This document shows, piece by piece, positions 24,011 to 25,156 of a stretch of 25,156 nucleotides of DNA; position 1 is the stretch's first letter, and each line of letters starts with the position of its first letter. The notes under the pieces are model-generated. The model was not told where the DNA came from. It made no database searches and worked only from the letters and a program-made list of their open reading frames with translations. Position numbers and translations under genes: made by a program. Source of the stretch: Methanosaeta sp. PtaB.Bin039 (GTDB taxonomy: Archaea > Halobacteriota > Methanosarcinia > Methanotrichales > Methanotrichaceae); contig MVQI01000024.1 of assembly GCA_002067795.1 (NCBI GenBank), forward strand, positions 1 through 25,156, in the 5' to 3' direction.

Positions 24011-24646
24011 ATGAGCCTGTTGTACAACTCAGCCCTGATAGGCATCTACTTCATGGCATTTGCCATGCTTCACAGCACTTTGGCAGGCAGCTGGGCAAAG
24101 GAGTATGCAAGACGAAGATGGTCGCTTTTTGGCAGAAGATACCGCATCCTGTACAACCTGGCGGCTGTGGCAACCGCCATTCCCTTGGTCATGGTGCTGC
24201 TCTTCTTGGAGGACAGAATCCTTTACCTGGCAAGACCACCCTGGCTGTACCTGGCACTGGCAATCCAGGCTGGAGCTATGCTGAGCATGGCCTATAGCCT
24301 GAAGCAGATGGGCGCAAGCCAGTTCCTGGGCCTAGCCGAGGAGGCTGCAGGGGAGGGGCTGGTGGTCAGAGGTTTGTTTTGCCGAGTTAGAAATCCGCTA
24401 TTTCTCTTCGCCACGATCCTGATCTGGGCCACGCCGGTCATGACCTGGAACCTGCTGACCATGAACCTGCTGATAACAGCTTACTTCTACCTGGGATCGG
24501 TCCTCGAGGAGAGGAGGCTCTCTGTGCAGCTTGGTGGGGATTACCAGGATTATCGCCGCTCTGTTCCCCGCTTCATACCCAGGCCTGGCAGATGCTACCG
24601 TCAAGACGCCCACTTTCCGTCAAGCAGGGGGCCGTCCAGACGGTGA
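24011..24646 (+). CDS. Membrane methyltransferase of the ICMT/PEMT (isoprenylcysteine carboxyl / phospholipid methyltransferase-like) family
   Basis: The 211-aa polytopic ORF has a C-terminal block typical of this family (GLFCRVRNPLFLF...LEERRLSVQLGGDYQDYRRSVPRFIP). Confidence 0.65.
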   Translation: MSLLYNSALIGIYFMAFAMLHSTLAGSWAKEYARRRWSLFGRRYRILYNLAAVATAIPLVMVLLFLEDRILYLARPPWLYLALAIQAGAMLSMAYSLKQMGASQFLGLAEEAAGEGLVVRGLFCRVRNPLFLFATILIWATPVMTWNLLTMNLLITAYFYLGSVLEERRLSVQLGGDYQDYRRSVPRFIPRPGRCYRQDAHFPSSRGPSRR

Positions 24647-25156
24647 AACCGCCGATGTCCTGGGTGCCATCTGCATCATAATTGATTTCTACTGGCCGAA
24701 AGCTACGGACTGTGAAAATGATTACTCAAGATAGAGATAACCGCAACAGTTCTCGTGGATATATTTTATAAATGTTACGAATCAATTCTTCTTATACCCT
24801 GCTGCTCTGCTGCGGGGATAAAGTGCATACGATCTAATTCAAGGGATTGTTCATTACGTTATTTGCTGTCATATGTATGCTATGGCGTCTACGCATAATT
24901 CGCAGCATGCGAGACGGGATGCGCCGTTACGGGTGACTTATTTCTTGCCTGAATGTAAAATCTGCAATAGAAGATGGATTTTAGCTATAGTATTATCACT
25001 CGAGGATTACGATCAACGTTGGATTCTGAGACCTACATGAAACTATAGTTTTTGATTTTGAGGTCTTATGTCATGTAATTCTTTTTGGCGCTCAATTGTC
25101 GCAATTTACTTCCAGATTTTGCTAGCTTCCGCTAGGTCAGATGACTCCGGCTCTTC

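Noticed and set aside
25106-25156. Possible 3' end of a minus-strand gene running in from beyond the right edge (...EEPESSDLAEASKIWK, then a stop)
   Set aside because: Only 16 codons are visible, which is too short to support as a feature. It is mentioned in the AT-rich-tail finding.
1-25156. Search by eye for tRNA T-loop boxes (GTTCRAATC), rRNA, CRISPR-like regularly spaced repeats, transposase or integrase genes, and long terminal inverted repeats
   Set aside because: I found none. The only repeats seen are the 33-nt tandem pair at 17427..17492 and short intergenic hairpins. A proper tRNAscan, Rfam or CRISPR scan would be needed to exclude small RNAs.

Overview
This window reads as chromosomal DNA from a methanogenic archaeon, most like Methanosarcinales or Methanotrichales. 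The basis is the gene content, Shine-Dalgarno-like GGAGG/GGTGA sites, A/T-rich TATA-like boxes in intergenic DNA, and frequent GTG/TTG starts. I found 26 supportable protein genes, packed densely. I saw no tRNA, rRNA, CRISPR array, transposase or integrase.

Left third (1-8330), a metal or chelate-handling neighbourhood:
- A truncated P1B-type ATPase at the window edge.
- A FecB/BtuF-FecCD-FecE-type ABC importer operon with a class I SAM methyltransferase and a stomatin (SPFH) gene inserted into it.
- A diverged paralogue of that methyltransferase, transcribed divergently.
- A secreted FmdE-family protein, transcribed convergently.

Middle (11441-22188), a coenzyme M (CoM) biosynthesis island of the cysteate type:
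- A threonine-synthase-like PLP enzyme, called here as cysteate synthase.
- Split sulfopyruvate decarboxylase genes comD and comE.
- A DUF39/COG1900 plus 2x[4Fe-4S] protein, a ComF-type candidate.
- A NitT/TauT-family binding protein and permease pair with no ATPase gene of its own.
- A divergently transcribed XRE-type regulator.

The most interesting item is a tightly coupled trio directly behind cysteate synthase: an atypical soluble ABC-type ATPase, a Cys-rich G3E GTPase and a C-x2-C-x4-C-x16-C Fe-S domain protein. No described CoM step accounts for it.

Other genes are an MFS transporter, an EF-Tu-like protein with a degenerate G domain, a SemiSWEET/PQ-loop protein, an ICMT/PEMT-like membrane methyltransferase and several secreted or hypothetical proteins. 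The last ~500 nt are AT-rich and have no ORF in the track.

All functional calls rest on motifs I read by eye and on family knowledge. No database search was run.
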